From the NCBI GenBank assembly GCA_024137785.1, contig JAHRHZ010000016.1:46976936-47040935 (forward strand): DNA of 64,000 nt, given 5' to 3'. This stretch comes from Ginglymostoma cirratum (lineage: Eukaryota). Position 1 is the stretch's first letter; the number at the start of each line of letters is the position of its first letter. The notes under the pieces are model-generated. The model had not been told where the DNA came from. It saw nothing but the letters and a program-made list of their open reading frames with translations, and did not search any database. Of the stretch, positions 39,780 to 53,612 are shown piece by piece. Both the position numbers and the translations under genes were made by a program.

Positions 39780-40605
39780 TACCTTAGTGCAGTGTTCTAA
39801 ACTTTTTCCTCAGAAAAATTCAGTGGTTACAGTTCTTGAGATTATACAGGCAATAGGAGACAGGCTAGCAGCTGTGGATGTGAAAGATGACTAATTTTAT
39901 ATCGCTATTTAGGAATGTCATTGGAGATTCTGGTTCAGTTTCAAAAGACAAAGCTGTCGGTATAAGGACATGCCATTTGGCGCCAATCTGGCACCCAAGG
40001 TTTTACAAAGTGCCTGTCTGTACTCACAACACATCAAGGATGCCCACGTTTATCTGCATTGGATGACAGATTCATCGGAGCACCTTGGAGTCCGGCTGGC
40101 ATGGCCATGCAGCAGGTAATCAATACAGTCCAGCAGTTGGGTTCATAGTCAATTAATGTTCTTCAGAGCATTATCTTGAACTATCGGGCTGGTTTGTATG
40201 ACTCAGATTTGGTTTTCTTTTTATTGAGATTAATTAGTTTCAATGAAAAGCTCTCTACAAACATTTGGCTGCCATTTCTGTGGTTCTCAAACCTTGCTTG
40301 CAAGATTCCATCAAACTGTTCACCCAGTGAATGTCCATTTCTCAACAGGTAAGGATTGACCAAGCCTTTGCTCTTGATCTCACTTGGTGGTCACAATGAT
40401 AATGGTAATGTCCCAGTCTGGATGGATGGCCCAATTATAAGGAATTGGGCTTGTAACAGATGGATAACAGAAAAGTCCACTGAGCACATCAGATCCTTGG
40501 GATTTGAGATGATCAGGTTGACTATGGAAGACTTCCAGTTTTTATTCCGGGGTAAGTTAATACATGCATGACTGGACAATGTCACATCATCAGCAGATAG
40601 GGAAG
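39780..40605 (+). mobile_element. Ancient DIRS-type (tyrosine-recombinase retrotransposon) RT/RNase H remnant
   Basis: Broken translation AVDVKDD*FYIAI...YKDMPFGANLAPKV...LDD...QLGFIVN followed by EHIRSLGFEMIRLTMEDFQFLFRGKLIHA*LDNVT. These match the order and spacing of DIRS motifs DLKDAY / LPFG..APR / YLDD / LGFxVN / HINxLE...DN. Confidence 0.65.
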
Positions 40606-40649
40606 AGTCTTTCAGCACCCCTGTTGTGATGCAAACTGCAAAGTTTTTT

Positions 40650-41011
40650 TTAAAATTAACTCATGGGATGTAGGCATCGCTGGCTAGGTCAGCATTTATC
40701 GCCCATCCCTAATTGACCGGGGGCAGTTAAGAGTCAACCAGATTGCTGTGGGTCTGGACTCACCTGATAACAATAGTCCATATTTAAGAATGGCAGTTTT
40801 CTTCCCTCAAGGACATTAGTGAACCAGATGGGTTTTTCCAACAATTGACATCAGTTTCATGGGTCATCATTAGACTCTTCAAACTAGTTTTTTAAATTAA
40901 GTTCAAATTCCACCATCTGCCATAGCGGGATTCGAACCGGGTTTCCAGATTAATACTGGGTTCTCTGGATTAAAAGTCTAGTGATAAAACCACAAGGCCG
41001 TTGTCTTCCCC
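40650..41011 (-). mobile_element. tRNA-derived Deu-domain SINE, full length
   Basis: Reverse complement of the 26477-26817 family; B-box (gggattcgaacc at ~40927-40938). Confidence 0.8.
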
Positions 41012-41589
41012 TAATACGCAGACTCGCTCTTGCTCTCCCTCTCCCTCTGCTTCAAATTTCTTGCTGCATTGTAATGAAGCAGCCTGTAGTTTTAGCAAGA
41101 TACAAATAGAAAACACTAGAGATATTCAGTCTGACAACATCTGTGGAGAGCTTCACCTAGTGAAGCTACAACGCGAGAGTATGTGTACTAAACAGCAGAA
41201 GATCTTCTACAAAACCGTATTAAGTAGAGTTAAGTCATTTCAAAGCCACGGGTCAGAGCAAAACTCTCGAATGGTGGTGGACAGTTAAACAGATAAGTGG
41301 CAGCAGGGGCACTATAAGTATTCTCATGCGCAATGAATGAGGAACCCAACACATCAGTACAAAGAACAAAGCTGAAGAATTTGCAAATATTTTAGGTAGA
41401 AGTGCCATGTCTCTTCATCCTTGCAAGATCATTAGCATTGCAGATACCATTTTGTAGCCAATTTAATTTACTTCATTGATATCAAGAAGCTGCCGAAGAC
41501 ATTGGCTATAAAGCAAAGGTTATTGAATCGTACAAAAAGGTTATGGGCTCCTACAGCATCCCAGCAGTCATACTGAATTTGAGTTCCAG

Positions 41590-44505
41590 AGTTAACCTTG
41601 GAGGGCGGTGGGTTCAGTTGTAGGAGAAATTAGAAAACCTAAATTAAAGGAGGAAGTAAGAGTGCAGGTTAGTGATGTGGCTGATGGTTACCAGACAATA
41701 AAAGTCAGGGACAGAACAGGTGATTGTCTTTATGCACCAAGGATTTATAAAAGAGTAGGGAAATTTACCAGTAGAACAAATTTGAAAGCTTTTCATCTAA
41801 TTGCACAAAGCATTCAAAACAATATTAATGAGTTAAATTTAATGAGCAGATAGAAACAAAAGGGTACGATTTGGTAGTATTACTGAGACATGGTTACAAG
41901 GAGACTAGGTCTGGGAATTGAATATCCAAAGGTACTTGGCTTTTCGGAAGGATAGACTGAAAGGAAAAGGAGGTGGTGTAGCTTTGCTGGTGAAGGAAGG
42001 GATCAGTGCTGTAATGAGAAGTGACATAAGCATGGGAGATCAAGATGTGGAATTAGTCTGGGTAGAATTTAGAAATAGCAAAGGGAAGAAGTACTTCGTA
42101 GGAGTAATCTGTAGGTCTCCAAATGTATATTCTACAGTGGGGTACAGTATAAACCAGGAAATATTAGAGGCTTGCAAGAAAGGAACAGCGATAGTTGTGG
42201 GTGATTTTAATATGCACATAGATTGAAAGATTCAAATTGGCAAGGGTAGCCTGAGGCAGATTTCATTGAAAGTATTAGAGATTGTGTCTTGGAGCAGTGT
42301 ATTGTGGAACCAACCAGGGAGCAGGCTACTGGGATTTGGTATGAGGAGAGGTTAATTGATGACATCATAGTTAAAGATTCTGTAGGGAGTAGTGACCGTA
42401 GTATGATAGAATCCAAAATTCAGTTTGCGGGTGAGAAAGTGGAGTCTCACAGTAGTGGGAAATTACATAGGCATGAGAACGCTTTTGGCCTGAGTAGATT
42501 GGACAGGAAGGCTAAAAGGTGAGACAGCAGATGAGCAGTGGCAGTTTTTAAGGAGCTACTCAATTCTTTGTAACTAAAATATATCCCAGTGAGAAAGAAA
42601 GATGGTGAGGGGGATGAAAACAATCCTTGGCTAAACAAGGAGGTCAAGGACATTATAGAGTCAAAAACTAAGGTGCACCGTATTGGAAAGGCCAGGAGGA
42701 TTGGAAAACTTTCGAGTGTAAACAAAGGGATACTAAAAAAGTTAATAAAAAGTGCTATGGTAAATTATGAGAGAAAACTAGCACAAAATATAAAAAAGTA
42801 TAGCAAATGCTTCTATAGGTATATAAAAGGGAAAAGAGTTGTTAGTCTTGGTCCCTTTGAAGATGAAATTGGAGAGTTAATGGTAGGGAACGCTGAAATG
42901 GTAGAGATGCTAAATCAATACTTTGCCTCAGTTTTCATGGTAGAGGACAGTAGCACCATTTCTACCGGAACGGGCAAGTCAGAGGCAATAGAAAGGGTAG
43001 AACTTAGAACAATCAACATTGATGGGGGAAAGGTACTTAGCAATCTATTGGGATTGAGGGCAGACAAGCCCCCTGGGCCTGATGGCCTACATCCTAGGTA
43101 CTAAAAGTAGTGGCAGGGGAGATAGTGGATCCAGTGGTTACAATATTCCAAAATTCCCTGGACACTGGAAAGGTTCCAGTGAATTGGAAAATGCTATGCT
43201 TATTCAGGAAGGGAGAGAGGCAATGTGGGGGAAATTACAGACCAGTTAGTTTAACATCTGTTGTTGGCAAAGTGTTAGAATCAATTATCAAGGAAGCAAT
43301 ATCAGGACATTTGGAAAGTCAAAATGCTATCCATCAGAGTCAGCATGGGTTTATGAAGGACAAATCATGTTTGACTAATTTGCTAGAGTTCTTCAAAGAT
43401 GTAACAAGCAAAGTGGATAATGGGGATTGTGTAGATGTAATATATCTGGACTTCCGGAAGGCTTTTGATAAGGTGCGACATGAAAGATTAATTCACAAGG
43501 TTGGATCGTATGGAATTGGGGTAATTTATTATTTACAGCAATCTACAATCCAGCTAAAGGACTTGGATGCAGGGATAGAAGGCTCTGTAGCCAGACTTGT
43601 GGATGACACAAAAATAGGTGGGATGGTAAATTGCAATGAGGAAATAATAACCTTACAAGTGGATATATATAGGTTAGGACAGTGGGCCAAAATGTGGCAG
43701 ATGGGAGTTTAACATGGACAAGTGTGAGGTCATGCATTTTGGCTGAAAAAATGGGAAGGCAGCCTATTATCTAAACAGGAAGAGACTTTGGGGTGCCCCG
43801 GTGCACAGGGATGTGAGTGTCCTCGTTCATTAGCCGTAGAAAACTAGCTTACAGGTACAGCTGATAATAAAGAAAGCGAAAGTAATGTTGGCTTTTATAG
43901 CTAAAGGAATAGAATATAAAGGCAAGGAAGTATGGTTGCAACTATACAAGGCATTGGTGAGACCGCACTTGGAGTATTGTGCAGTTTTGATCCCCTCATT
44001 TGAGGAAGGATGTGGTGGCATTGGAGGCATTTCAGAACAGGTTCACTAGATTGATCCCAAAGATGAGGGGTTTGTCATATGAAGAGAGATTGAACAGTTT
44101 AGGCCTATACACCCTGGAATTTAGAAGAATGAGGGGAGATAAAATCGAGGTATTCAAGATGATAAATGGTATAGATAAAATAGACATGGAGTGGATGCTT
44201 CCTCTTGTGGGGCATTCTACAGTAAGAGGTCATTGTCTTAGGACAAGGGGTACCATATTTAAAACAGAGTTGAGGAGAAACTACTACTCCCAAAGGTTTG
44301 CGAATCTGTAGAATTCGCTGCCCTAAAGTGCAGTGGATGCTGGGACGTGAGTAAATTTAAGAAGGAATTAGACAGATTTTTTATTAGTTACGGGGTAAAG
44401 GCAGGAAAATGGGGGTGAGGAGCATTTCTGCCATGATCGAATGGTGAGCAGATTTCAGTGGGAGTGGGCCGAATGGCCTAATTCTGCCCCTATATCTCAT
44501 GAACT
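41590..44505 (+). mobile_element. CR1 LINE, near-complete ORF2 (APE endonuclease and RT), frameshifted
   Basis: RKDRLKGKGGGVALLV and IVVGDFN (APE); PGPDGLHP, NYRPVSLTSVVGKVLE, YLDFRKAFDKV, VDDTKIGG (RT); CR1 3' UTR. Confidence 0.93.
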
Positions 44506-44629
44506 TATAAAAGGTTGGTGCCACAGCACAATTCATGTAACACAATTCCCAATTACATCTTGCGAACTAGAAAAAGACCCATTTATATACATATTATTTC
44601 CTGTTGGTGAGCTAGCTTTCTATCCATAA

Positions 44630-46560
44630 AGACCATAAGAAATAGGAGCAGAATTGGGCCATTTGGCCCATCAAGTCTGCTCCACCGTTCGATCCTGGCT
44701 GATATGTTCTCAACTTAACTCTTCTGCCTTCTGCACATGACGCTTGATTCCCTTATCAATCAAGAGCCTACCTACTGATGTCTTAGATATTGTTGATGAC
44801 TTGGCTTCGACAGATTAACCACTCTCTGGCTGAAGGAATTCCTCATCATTTCAGTTCAACAAGGTCGTCCTTTCACTCTAAGGCTGTATCCTTGGGACCT
44901 AGTCTGTCTTGCTAGTGGAAACAGCTTCTCCATGTCCAGTCTATTCAGGCCATTCAGTATTCTGTAAATTTCAATCAGATTCTTCCTCACCCTTCAAAAC
45001 GCTGAGTACAGACCCAGAGCCCTCAACCACTCCGTCTATGACAAGCCTTTCGTTTGCAGGATCATTTTTGTAAATATCCTGTAGACACCCTCCACATCCT
45101 TCCAGAGCTTTATACAGCCTCAAAAGCACATCCCTGCTCTTGCAATTTAGCCCTCTTGAAAGCCATGCTATTACTGCATTTGCCTTCCTAACTGCCAACT
45201 GAACCCTCATGTTAACCTTAAGAGGATCCTGAACTAGGATTTGCAAGTCCATTTGTGTTTCAGATTTCCAAAGCTTTTCCCCATTTGGAAAATAGTCTAT
45301 GGCTCTATTCCACCTACCAACTTTCTTGCATTGTATTCCATCTGTTACTTCTTTGCTCCCTCTCCTTGTCAGCCCAAATCCTTCTGCAGTCGCCCCACTT
45401 CTACGACACTGCCTTTCCCTTCACCTATCTTTGTGTCATCTGCAAACTTATCAACAACGCCCGCCATCCCTTCATCCAGACTATTAATGTATGACGTGAA
45501 TAGTTGTGGTCCCAGTACAGACTCAGCAGAACTCCACGTGTCACCGGCTGCCATTCTGGAAAAAAAAAACCTTTATCCCTATTCTCTGCTTTCTTCCAGT
45601 CAGCCAATCCTCTCTTCGTGCCAGTTCCTTGCCCCTGACACCATGGGCTCTAATTAAGCAGCTTCCTGTGCAGCACCTTGTCACAGGTCTTCTGGAAATC
45701 CAAATAGATCATTTCCACTGATTGTCCTTTGTCTGACTTGTTTGTTACCTCTTCAAAGAGTTCTAACAGATTTGTCAAGCGTGATGTTCCCTTGATTGAA
45801 GCCATGCTGACTCAACCCCTTTTTACCATGCACTTCCAAGTACTTTACACTCTAATCCCTAATAACGTTCATATAATTTCTCCTCTCTACCTGATTGGTT
45901 TTCTGAACTTGGGTTATTTGTCTCTATTGAGCTAATGCCACCATTAATTAATATAACCATCTCGCTACCATTTCTTAGCTTCCCGTTCTTCCTAAATGCT
46001 CAGTACTCGTCAAGATTCAGATCCCATTCTGTCTGATTGTACTTATTTCTGTTGTGCTATCAGTTCCTCTGTCTCATTTTGAATGCTGTTGCATCCAGGT
46101 ATAGAGCCTTTAGTTTTGCCATTTTTATTATTTTTGTAACCTAACTTTTTCAGTTAATTTACATTTTAGATACGTCACACTCTGTTTATAATTTCCCATA
46201 TTAATACTTATCTCTCTCACCTCTTCTCTATTCTTCGGTTTACGAAATCTTCCCAAATGTAATTCTTTGTCCCCACTATTTTGTTTACCTGCCTTCATAT
46301 TGCCCTAATTACAATGCTCGCTAGAACGCCCTTCCCACACGGTTCAGTTGTAGAGAGCCCAACAGTGCAGATCCACTTTGCCCAGTCCCCATAAATTTAA
46401 ACCTGTGTCTCCCACATCAGTCTTTGAGTCATGCATTTATTTCTCTAAACTTACTCAGTTTGCTCATGGCTCAGTTAACAGTCTCTGAATTATTACCTTT
46501 GAGTTCCACTTTTTAATTTGGTGTCAAGTTTCTTGTAGTGCAGTTCAAAACCTCATTTCT
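44630..46560 (-). mobile_element. CR1 LINE fragments (RT and upstream parts), internally deleted
   Basis: SVLGPQLFTSYINSLDEGMAGVVDKFADDTKIG on the minus strand; tail accataagaaataggagcagaattgggccat. Confidence 0.85.
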
Positions 46561-46588
46561 GTCTCTCTTATTTGTACCTACATATGAT

Positions 46589-48462
46589 AATGCCGTGGTA
46601 TTGTTGCTGCATTCGTAATCCAAAAGTGCTCCGAGAATCTGTGTATGAATCTCACTACAGCAAATGGTAGAGTTTGAATTTAAAATGAATAATGATGGTC
46701 ATGAAACTGTTGTTGATTGTCATAAAACCCATTTGATTCACTAACGTCCTTTAGGGAAAGAAATCTGCTGTCCTTACCTGGTATGGCCTGCATGTGACTC
46801 CGGACCCAATGCAATGCAATTGACATTCAACTTCCCTCTAAAATGGCCTAGTAACCCACTCAGTGGTATCAAACCATTGCAAAATCTCAGTAGGATGAAA
46901 CCTGGCAGACCGCCTTATATTGACCTAAGCACTAGAAATGACAGCGGCAACCTCCACGCCGTTGAACCAAAAGTCCTTCTTACTAACATCTGAGGGCCAA
47001 AGTTGGAAGAGCTATCTCTCAGACTAGTAAGCAACATCCTAAAATTGACTGTAAGATATGATTCCCATAGCTATGATTATGTCCCAGTCATCACTATCAC
47101 TATCCCTGGATATACCCTGTCCCACTGTCAGGACAGACCCAGCAGAGGTGGCAGCACAGTGGTATACAGTTGGGAGGGAGTTTCTCTCTGAGCCCTCAAC
47201 ATTGACTTTGGTCCCTGTAAAGCTTCATGGTACCAGGTCAAATGTGGGTGAGGGAATCTCCTGATTATCATGTGTTGCCATCTCTTAGTTGATTAATCAG
47301 TAGGCCTACATGTTGAACACCACTTGGAGGATGTCCGTCATCAATGGATCACATCTAAATTCTGCATCCTGCCATGACTCGTCCAGTCTTGCATGATGGT
47401 GGACAGTTGAACAGCTCAGTGGAGGAGGGGGCTTCACAAATATACTTAACCTCAGGAATGTAGAAGCCCAGCAATCAGTCCAAAAGATAAGGCAGAAGCA
47501 TTTGTAACGATCTTCAACGGGAAGTGCCAAGTGGTTCATCTTGGCCTCTGCCAAAGGTCCCCAGCATCACAGATGTCAATCTTCAGCCAACTTAATTCGC
47601 TCTACATTATAGCAAGAAACTGCTGAAGGCACTAGATAGTGCAATCTTTGTGGACCTTGACAATATTCCAGCAATAGTACTGATCACTTGTGCTCTTGAA
47701 CCTTTCATGCCCCCTTTGCCAAGCTGTTAGTACAGCTACAGCACTGGCATCAACTTGACAATCTGGAAGAGTGATCAGGTAAGTCCTATTCCCACAAAGG
47801 ACAAATTCAACTGGGCTAATGGCTGCTTCATCAGTCTAGTTTTGATCATCAGTAAAATGACGGAAGGGGCTAGAAATACTGCTATCAAGCGGCACTTGCT
47901 TGGCAATAACCTACTTACTGATGCTCAGTTTGGATTCTGCCAGGGCCAATTGGTTCATTACCTCATTACAGCTTAGTACAAACATGGATAAATTTCCAGA
48001 AATGAAGTGAATGTGACTGTCCTTGACAGGCCATGTTTGAATGAGGATCCATAGTAAAAATGCAATCATACTTAGCAGCAAGATCAACAGCCACCACCAT
48101 CTCCCTTTGTGGAAGTTTATTGCCTTAGCTCCACGACATCTCTGCAGATGTTTCCCAAAGTAGTTTCCTAGGCGTGACCACCTTCAGCTGCTTCATTAGT
48201 GACCTTCCCTCCATCATAAGGATGGAAGTGGGAATGTTCACATGATTGCACAATGTCCAGTACCATTCACGACGACTCATACTGAAGCAATCTGTATTCA
48301 AATATAGCAAGATCTTGACAACATTCAGGATTGGGCTGACAAGTGGTAAGTAATGTTCACACTGCACAAATGACAATGACCACCTCCAACAAGAGAGAAT
48401 CTTAGCCATTGTCCTTTGGCATTCAGTGGCATTGCCATACTGCATCCCCCACTGTCCCGGGA
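46589..48462 (+). mobile_element. CR1/L2-group LINE with tRNA/Deu-SINE-like 5' head, copy A
   Basis: Head 46589-46840 matches the Deu-SINE; then APE piece IPGYTLSHCQDRPSRGGSTVVY and RT piece NNLLTDAQFGFCQG. Confidence 0.75.
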
Positions 48463-49139
48463 GCTAGCAGTGACGAGGCTAGTGTTGTTTCAACTTTTTT
48501 AAAAAATTTTTAATAAATAAACACTACTAGTAGGATTTATTGCCACTCAAACTTTACTGATACTAATAAAATCTCACACTTAAAGACAAATTTCCTGGGT
48601 TTTAAAAGATAGGGTGATTGCACAAAATATTGCCAACTAATCACTTACATGTTTCAACTATTTTTGCCAGTTGTTATTACAGTGATATTATTTGATGTTT
48701 GGTGTGTACAGAATTGACCTCCTATGGGCTCTCTGTCACCTCTTGTGCAGACTCCTGTTCTCATGAATGCTGATAAAGTTAGAAAAGGAACAGAGCATCT
48801 CACTCCTCTCCTCAATTTCCTTATCAAACTCTGTATTACATGCACTCAAGTCAACATTCGACCAAATATGACACCTCACCAGCCTAGCAAAATTGAAGTA
48901 AATGGAAATTGCTGGATGGATTACACTCCACTGGCTGTAGGTATATCAAGCACCAAGGAAGTTGTGTATGGTTGTTGGAAGCCAATCATCTCAGCCTCAG
49001 CACGAAACTGCAGGAATTTCTCTGGGTAGTGTCTTAAAGCAGCTGAAGATGGTAAAGCGTATCAATAATTATCCTTGATTCTTAAGTCAATAAATGGAAC
49101 GTTCCTTGACAATTCCACAGTGTTAATATGAGCACACAA

Positions 49140-49820
49140 CTTAGGAGCCGAAATAGGTAATTTGCCTTTTCAAACCTGCTCCACCTGTGAACAAGATCAT
49201 GCCTGATTAGTTTGGGATTCAAATTCCACATTCCCCTCTACACCAAGTAACCTTGAGATTTTTGTTAGGCGAGTTAATCAGTCTACCTCTCCCTTAATGA
49301 TTCAATGATCCCACCATTATGTCTTCTATGGTAGAGAATTCCAAATTCACAGAACCTTCTGCAAATTTTAAAAAATGTTCTATTAATCTCTCTTGAAAGG
49401 ACGATTTGTCATTTTTACATGGAACTCCTTGTTCTGGGCTCATGTTTTCCATGTCCACCTTGTTGAGACTGTGGTCACCTGTGACTCTTCTCTACCACAG
49501 TGAATACAATCCCAGTCTGTCTGACCTTTCCTCATAAGACAACCCATTCATTCCTGATATGAATCTAGTAAACTTCTTCTGAAGTTTATCCTTCCTTAAG
49601 TAAAGACACCAAAGCCACACACTGTATTTAATATGTGATCTCACCAATGCCCTATATATAACTGAAATATAACATTCGTACTTTAATGGTCAGTTCTTCT
49701 TGTGATAAAAGACAACATTTCATTAGCTTTCTTAGTTACTCCTTAGGATACTCTTCACATATAATTCCCTACGTATTTTTATGTCATCTGCAAATTTAGT
49801 TACCATGCCATTGCTCCTGT
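49140..49820 (-). mobile_element. CR1 3' fragment, decayed
   Basis: taggagccgaaataggtaatttgccttttcaaacctgctccacc CR1-tail signature. Confidence 0.7.
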
Positions 49821-49829
49821 CATGAACTG

Positions 49830-52292
49830 CAGGCGTGAGGTAGTTATTGAATTAATAATCCAGAGGCCCAAGCAGATGGTGGAATTTAGATTAATAAACC
49901 TGGAATTAAAATCTAATCTAATGATGACTGTGAATCTGTCAATTGTTGTAAGAACCCATTTGGTTCACTAAAGTGAAATCTGCTTTTCCTACCTGGATAG
50001 TCTACATGTGACTCTGGACCCACTGTAATGTTGTGGATTCCAAAAGCCATCTGAAATTATCTAGCAAGCCAGTCAGTTGTATCAAACTGTTAGAAGGCCT
50101 AAAGAAAGGAATGAAAGTGGACACACCACCTGGCATCAACCCAGGCACACAGGAAATAACAGCAGCAAACTCAGCCTTAGCAATCTTTTAAAGTCCTTCT
50201 GATTGACTTTTGGGACTTGTGCCAAAATTGGTTGAGTTGTCCTGCAGAGCAGTCAAGCAGTAGCTTGACATCATTTGTAGGATACGCTTCCTCGTGTATG
50301 ATCATGTCCCGGACAACGTAGCCATCCCTGAAAATGTCCTGCTGCCAGGACAATTCAGAACTAGCAGCATACTTCAGTTGGAGGGGAATTGCCACGGGAG
50401 ATTGCCTCAAGATTGACACCAGGCCCCATGAAGTAACTTGGCATTGGGCATGAAAACCTCCTGTTGGATACCACCTACTAACTACCCTCGGCTAATGAAT
50501 CAATACTCCATGTTGAAAACAACTGGAAGGAGCATGAGGGTGACAAGGACACGGCATGTACTCAGTTGAGGACATCGGTGTTCATCATCTAGATTCGTTC
50601 AGTAGTGCCGCTACATAGTAAGTTGGCTAAGTCCTAAAAAGTATAACCAGGTCTGTGGTAAGTGGTGAGAGAACCAACAAGGGGAAAAAATTTACATGAC
50701 CTCATCCTTACTGATCTACCTTTCATAAATGCATCTGTCCATGACAGGACTGACTTCGCACATTTCTTGTAGAGATTGTCCCGTTTTCATATTTAAGATA
50801 CTCTTCCATCATGTGTGGTAGGACCACTGAGGTAAATGGGATAGATTTCTATTTAGGAAGTCAAAGAAAAGGGCAACTTTGAGGCACTGTGGGCCATCAG
50901 AAGTAGATTTGTATTTGACCACAAATCTGTAGTCTCATGTGCTAGCCTAGCTCCCCTCGTCACTTGCTCAACAGTAGCTTGCTCATTAGCATTTAGTTTG
51001 CATTCTGCCAGGGTCGCTTCATTACAACATTGATGCAAATATAGTTGAACTGCAGCGAAGAGATGAGGTAAGAGTAACCTTAACAGCAAGGCAACATTTG
51101 ACAAATGATAGCATCGAGGAGCCCTAGCAAAACATGTATAAATGGGTATTAGTGGGACAGCTCTGAACTGTTTGGAATCATACTTAGTGGAGAGGTGGAG
51201 AAGAAAGGAAGTGATTGTGGTTATTGGAAGTTAATCTCCCCAGTTCCAGTCATTGCTACAGGAACCTTTTCAGGTAAGTGTCTAAAGCCCAATCATCAGC
51301 TGCTTCATCAATGACCATCCTTCCGTCATAACGTCAAAAGTAGGGATGTTCACTGGTGGCTGTACAGTGTTCATTTGCAAAAGCTCAAACTGAAGCTGTC
51401 CATGTTCATATTCAGCAAGATTTGGAAAGTATCCGGGCATAGATTGGCATTTCTGTGGCACAACTGTTACCAAACAACGATCATTTTCAACAAGAGAATC
51501 TATCCATCAGCCTTTAACATTCAATTGTATTACCATTGTTGAATTCCTCCATAATTAACACTCTAGGCGTTACCATTGACGAGAAAATGAACTAGATCAG
51601 CCATTTGAATGCTGTCGGTGTAAAAGCAAGTCAGAGGCAAGGAATTCTAGGAATAATGACTTCCGTACGCTATCCACCATATATAATGCACATCTCAGGG
51701 AGAGTGATGGAATACTTTCTACTTTCTTGGATGGTTGTCGCTCCACACCACTCATGAGAAAGAGCCTAGACCCCATCCATTACCTTCAACATGCATTCTC
51801 TTCACCACTGATGCAGAAACCCGCCACGGTTCTTTTGACAATACCTTACAACATGTGAAAACTGATGCTGTAACTCAGGAACAAAACAAAGTTGCTGGAA
51901 AAGCTCAGCAGGTCTGGCAGCATTTGCAGTTCTGAGAAAGGGTCACTGGACCTGAAACGTTAACTCTGTTCTTTTTTCAACACAGATGCTGCCAGACCTG
52001 CTGTGCTTTTCCAGATACTTTGTTTTTGTTCTTTCCAGCGTAGTTTGTGCTACCTTAAAAGACAAGGACAGCAGAGATGTGTGCAGTACCATTTGCAAGT
52101 TCCCCTCCAAGTCACTACCATCCTGACTCTTTATCGCAGGGTAAAAGTTATGGAACTCCTGTCTTAACAGTATCACATGTTCACAAACTTAATGGATTGT
52201 AACAGTTCCTCATCACCTTTTCAAGGGCAGTTGGGGAAGAGCGATAAATGCTGACTTAGCTATCAATGCACACATCCGTCGGCAAAATTAAA
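49830..52292 (+). mobile_element. CR1/L2-group LINE with tRNA/Deu-SINE-like 5' head, copy B, with 3' tail
   Basis: Head 49830-50060 and continuation colinear with 46589-47300; RT region 51280-51600; tail aagggcagttgggg...ataaatgctgacttagc. Confidence 0.7.
51858..52031 (+). mobile_element. Hairpin element (same family as 226-443) inserted in LINE copy B
   Basis: caggaacaaaacaaagttgctggaaaagctcagcaggtctggcagcat ... atgctgccagacctgctgtgcttttccag; core CTGAGAA-A-GGGTC-ACTG-GACCT-GAAACGTT at 51932-51961. Confidence 0.85.
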
Positions 52293-53179
52293 AGAAAAAA
52301 TATCTGCTTTATATCCTAATTGTTTTTGAGTTTGCTGCCAGTTTTTATTTTGAGGTTTTTATTGTTGACGTGCCAATCTAAAAGATGGGTTATTATTTTC
52401 TAACTGCTCAATAGGTCCCAAATTACTGTGCCTCAGAGCAATTTCTAAAGTAACCTGTGGCGCAAAGTCTCAAGGCAAAGAGATAACAGTTGGCTAGTTT
52501 GATAGTTGAATGTAGTCTGCTAATAGGAAGTGCTACAGAGAAGAATCCAGAGACGGAGTGTAAATGCCTCAGTCTGTGGCCGCATTCTGGACAATTCTCA
52601 GTCAGACTCAAATCAGTGTTCATTAGGCAGGTTTGCTCAGAAATAGCGTGTAATTTGATTTTTCAACCTTCTGTCGTTGCAATTTGTATTACGCTGTTCC
52701 GAAAAGGCCTCTGAATTTTCATTTCTATTTTATCACCCCAGTCATTCCTGTAATAACATACACGTTCAGAATTAGAAATTTGTGAATTGGTTTGAAGTGT
52801 ACTAAACACAATTTTTCTTGTGAATAGTCATTTCAGAATTGGTGGGAGAGGGCTTGTGATATATTGGGAGGAATAGTCTTAGATTGGGCAGTAACTTGGT
52901 AACTAGAGGGGATAAACAGAAGGTATTTACCAAAAAAATGAAGAGGGAAATTAATGTATTTATTTTTACCAGTTTGTTTGTAAATGAAATAACTGAATAT
53001 TGGAGGCAAAATCCTTACAGAAAGAGGGCTTGGGTATGAGCAAAGTGGATAATATTGGAAATGGCAATGGAACTGATTGGAAATAAAAGGTACTGCAGAT
53101 GCTGGAGAATCCGAGATAACAAGGTGTGGGGCTGGATGAACACAGCAGGCCACGCAGCATCATAGGAGCAGGAAAGCTT

Positions 53180-53207
53180 GACGTTTCGGGCCTAGACCCT
53201 TCATCAG
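53180..53207 (-). ncRNA. Minimal type I hammerhead ribozyme core (minus strand)
   Basis: Reverse complement CTGATGA-A-GGGT-CTAG-GCCC-GAAACGTC. Confidence 0.75.
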
Positions 53208-53212
53208 AAAAT

Positions 53213-53612
53213 NNNNNNNNNNNNNNNNNNNNNNNNNNNNNNNNNNNNNNNNNNNNNNNNNNNNNNNNNNNNNNNNNNNNNNNNNNNNNNNNNNNNNNNN
53301 NNNNNNNNNNNNNNNNNNNNNNNNNNNNNNNNNNNNNNNNNNNNNNNNNNNNNNNNNNNNNNNNNNNNNNNNNNNNNNNNNNNNNNNNNNNNNNNNNNNN
53401 NNNNNNNNNNNNNNNNNNNNNNNNNNNNNNNNNNNNNNNNNNNNNNNNNNNNNNNNNNNNNNNNNNNNNNNNNNNNNNNNNNNNNNNNNNNNNNNNNNNN
53501 NNNNNNNNNNNNNNNNNNNNNNNNNNNNNNNNNNNNNNNNNNNNNNNNNNNNNNNNNNNNNNNNNNNNNNNNNNNNNNNNNNNNNNNNNNNNNNNNNNNN
53601 NNNNNNNNNNNN
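53213..53612. other. Assembly gap (400 N)
   Basis: Run of N. Confidence 1.
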
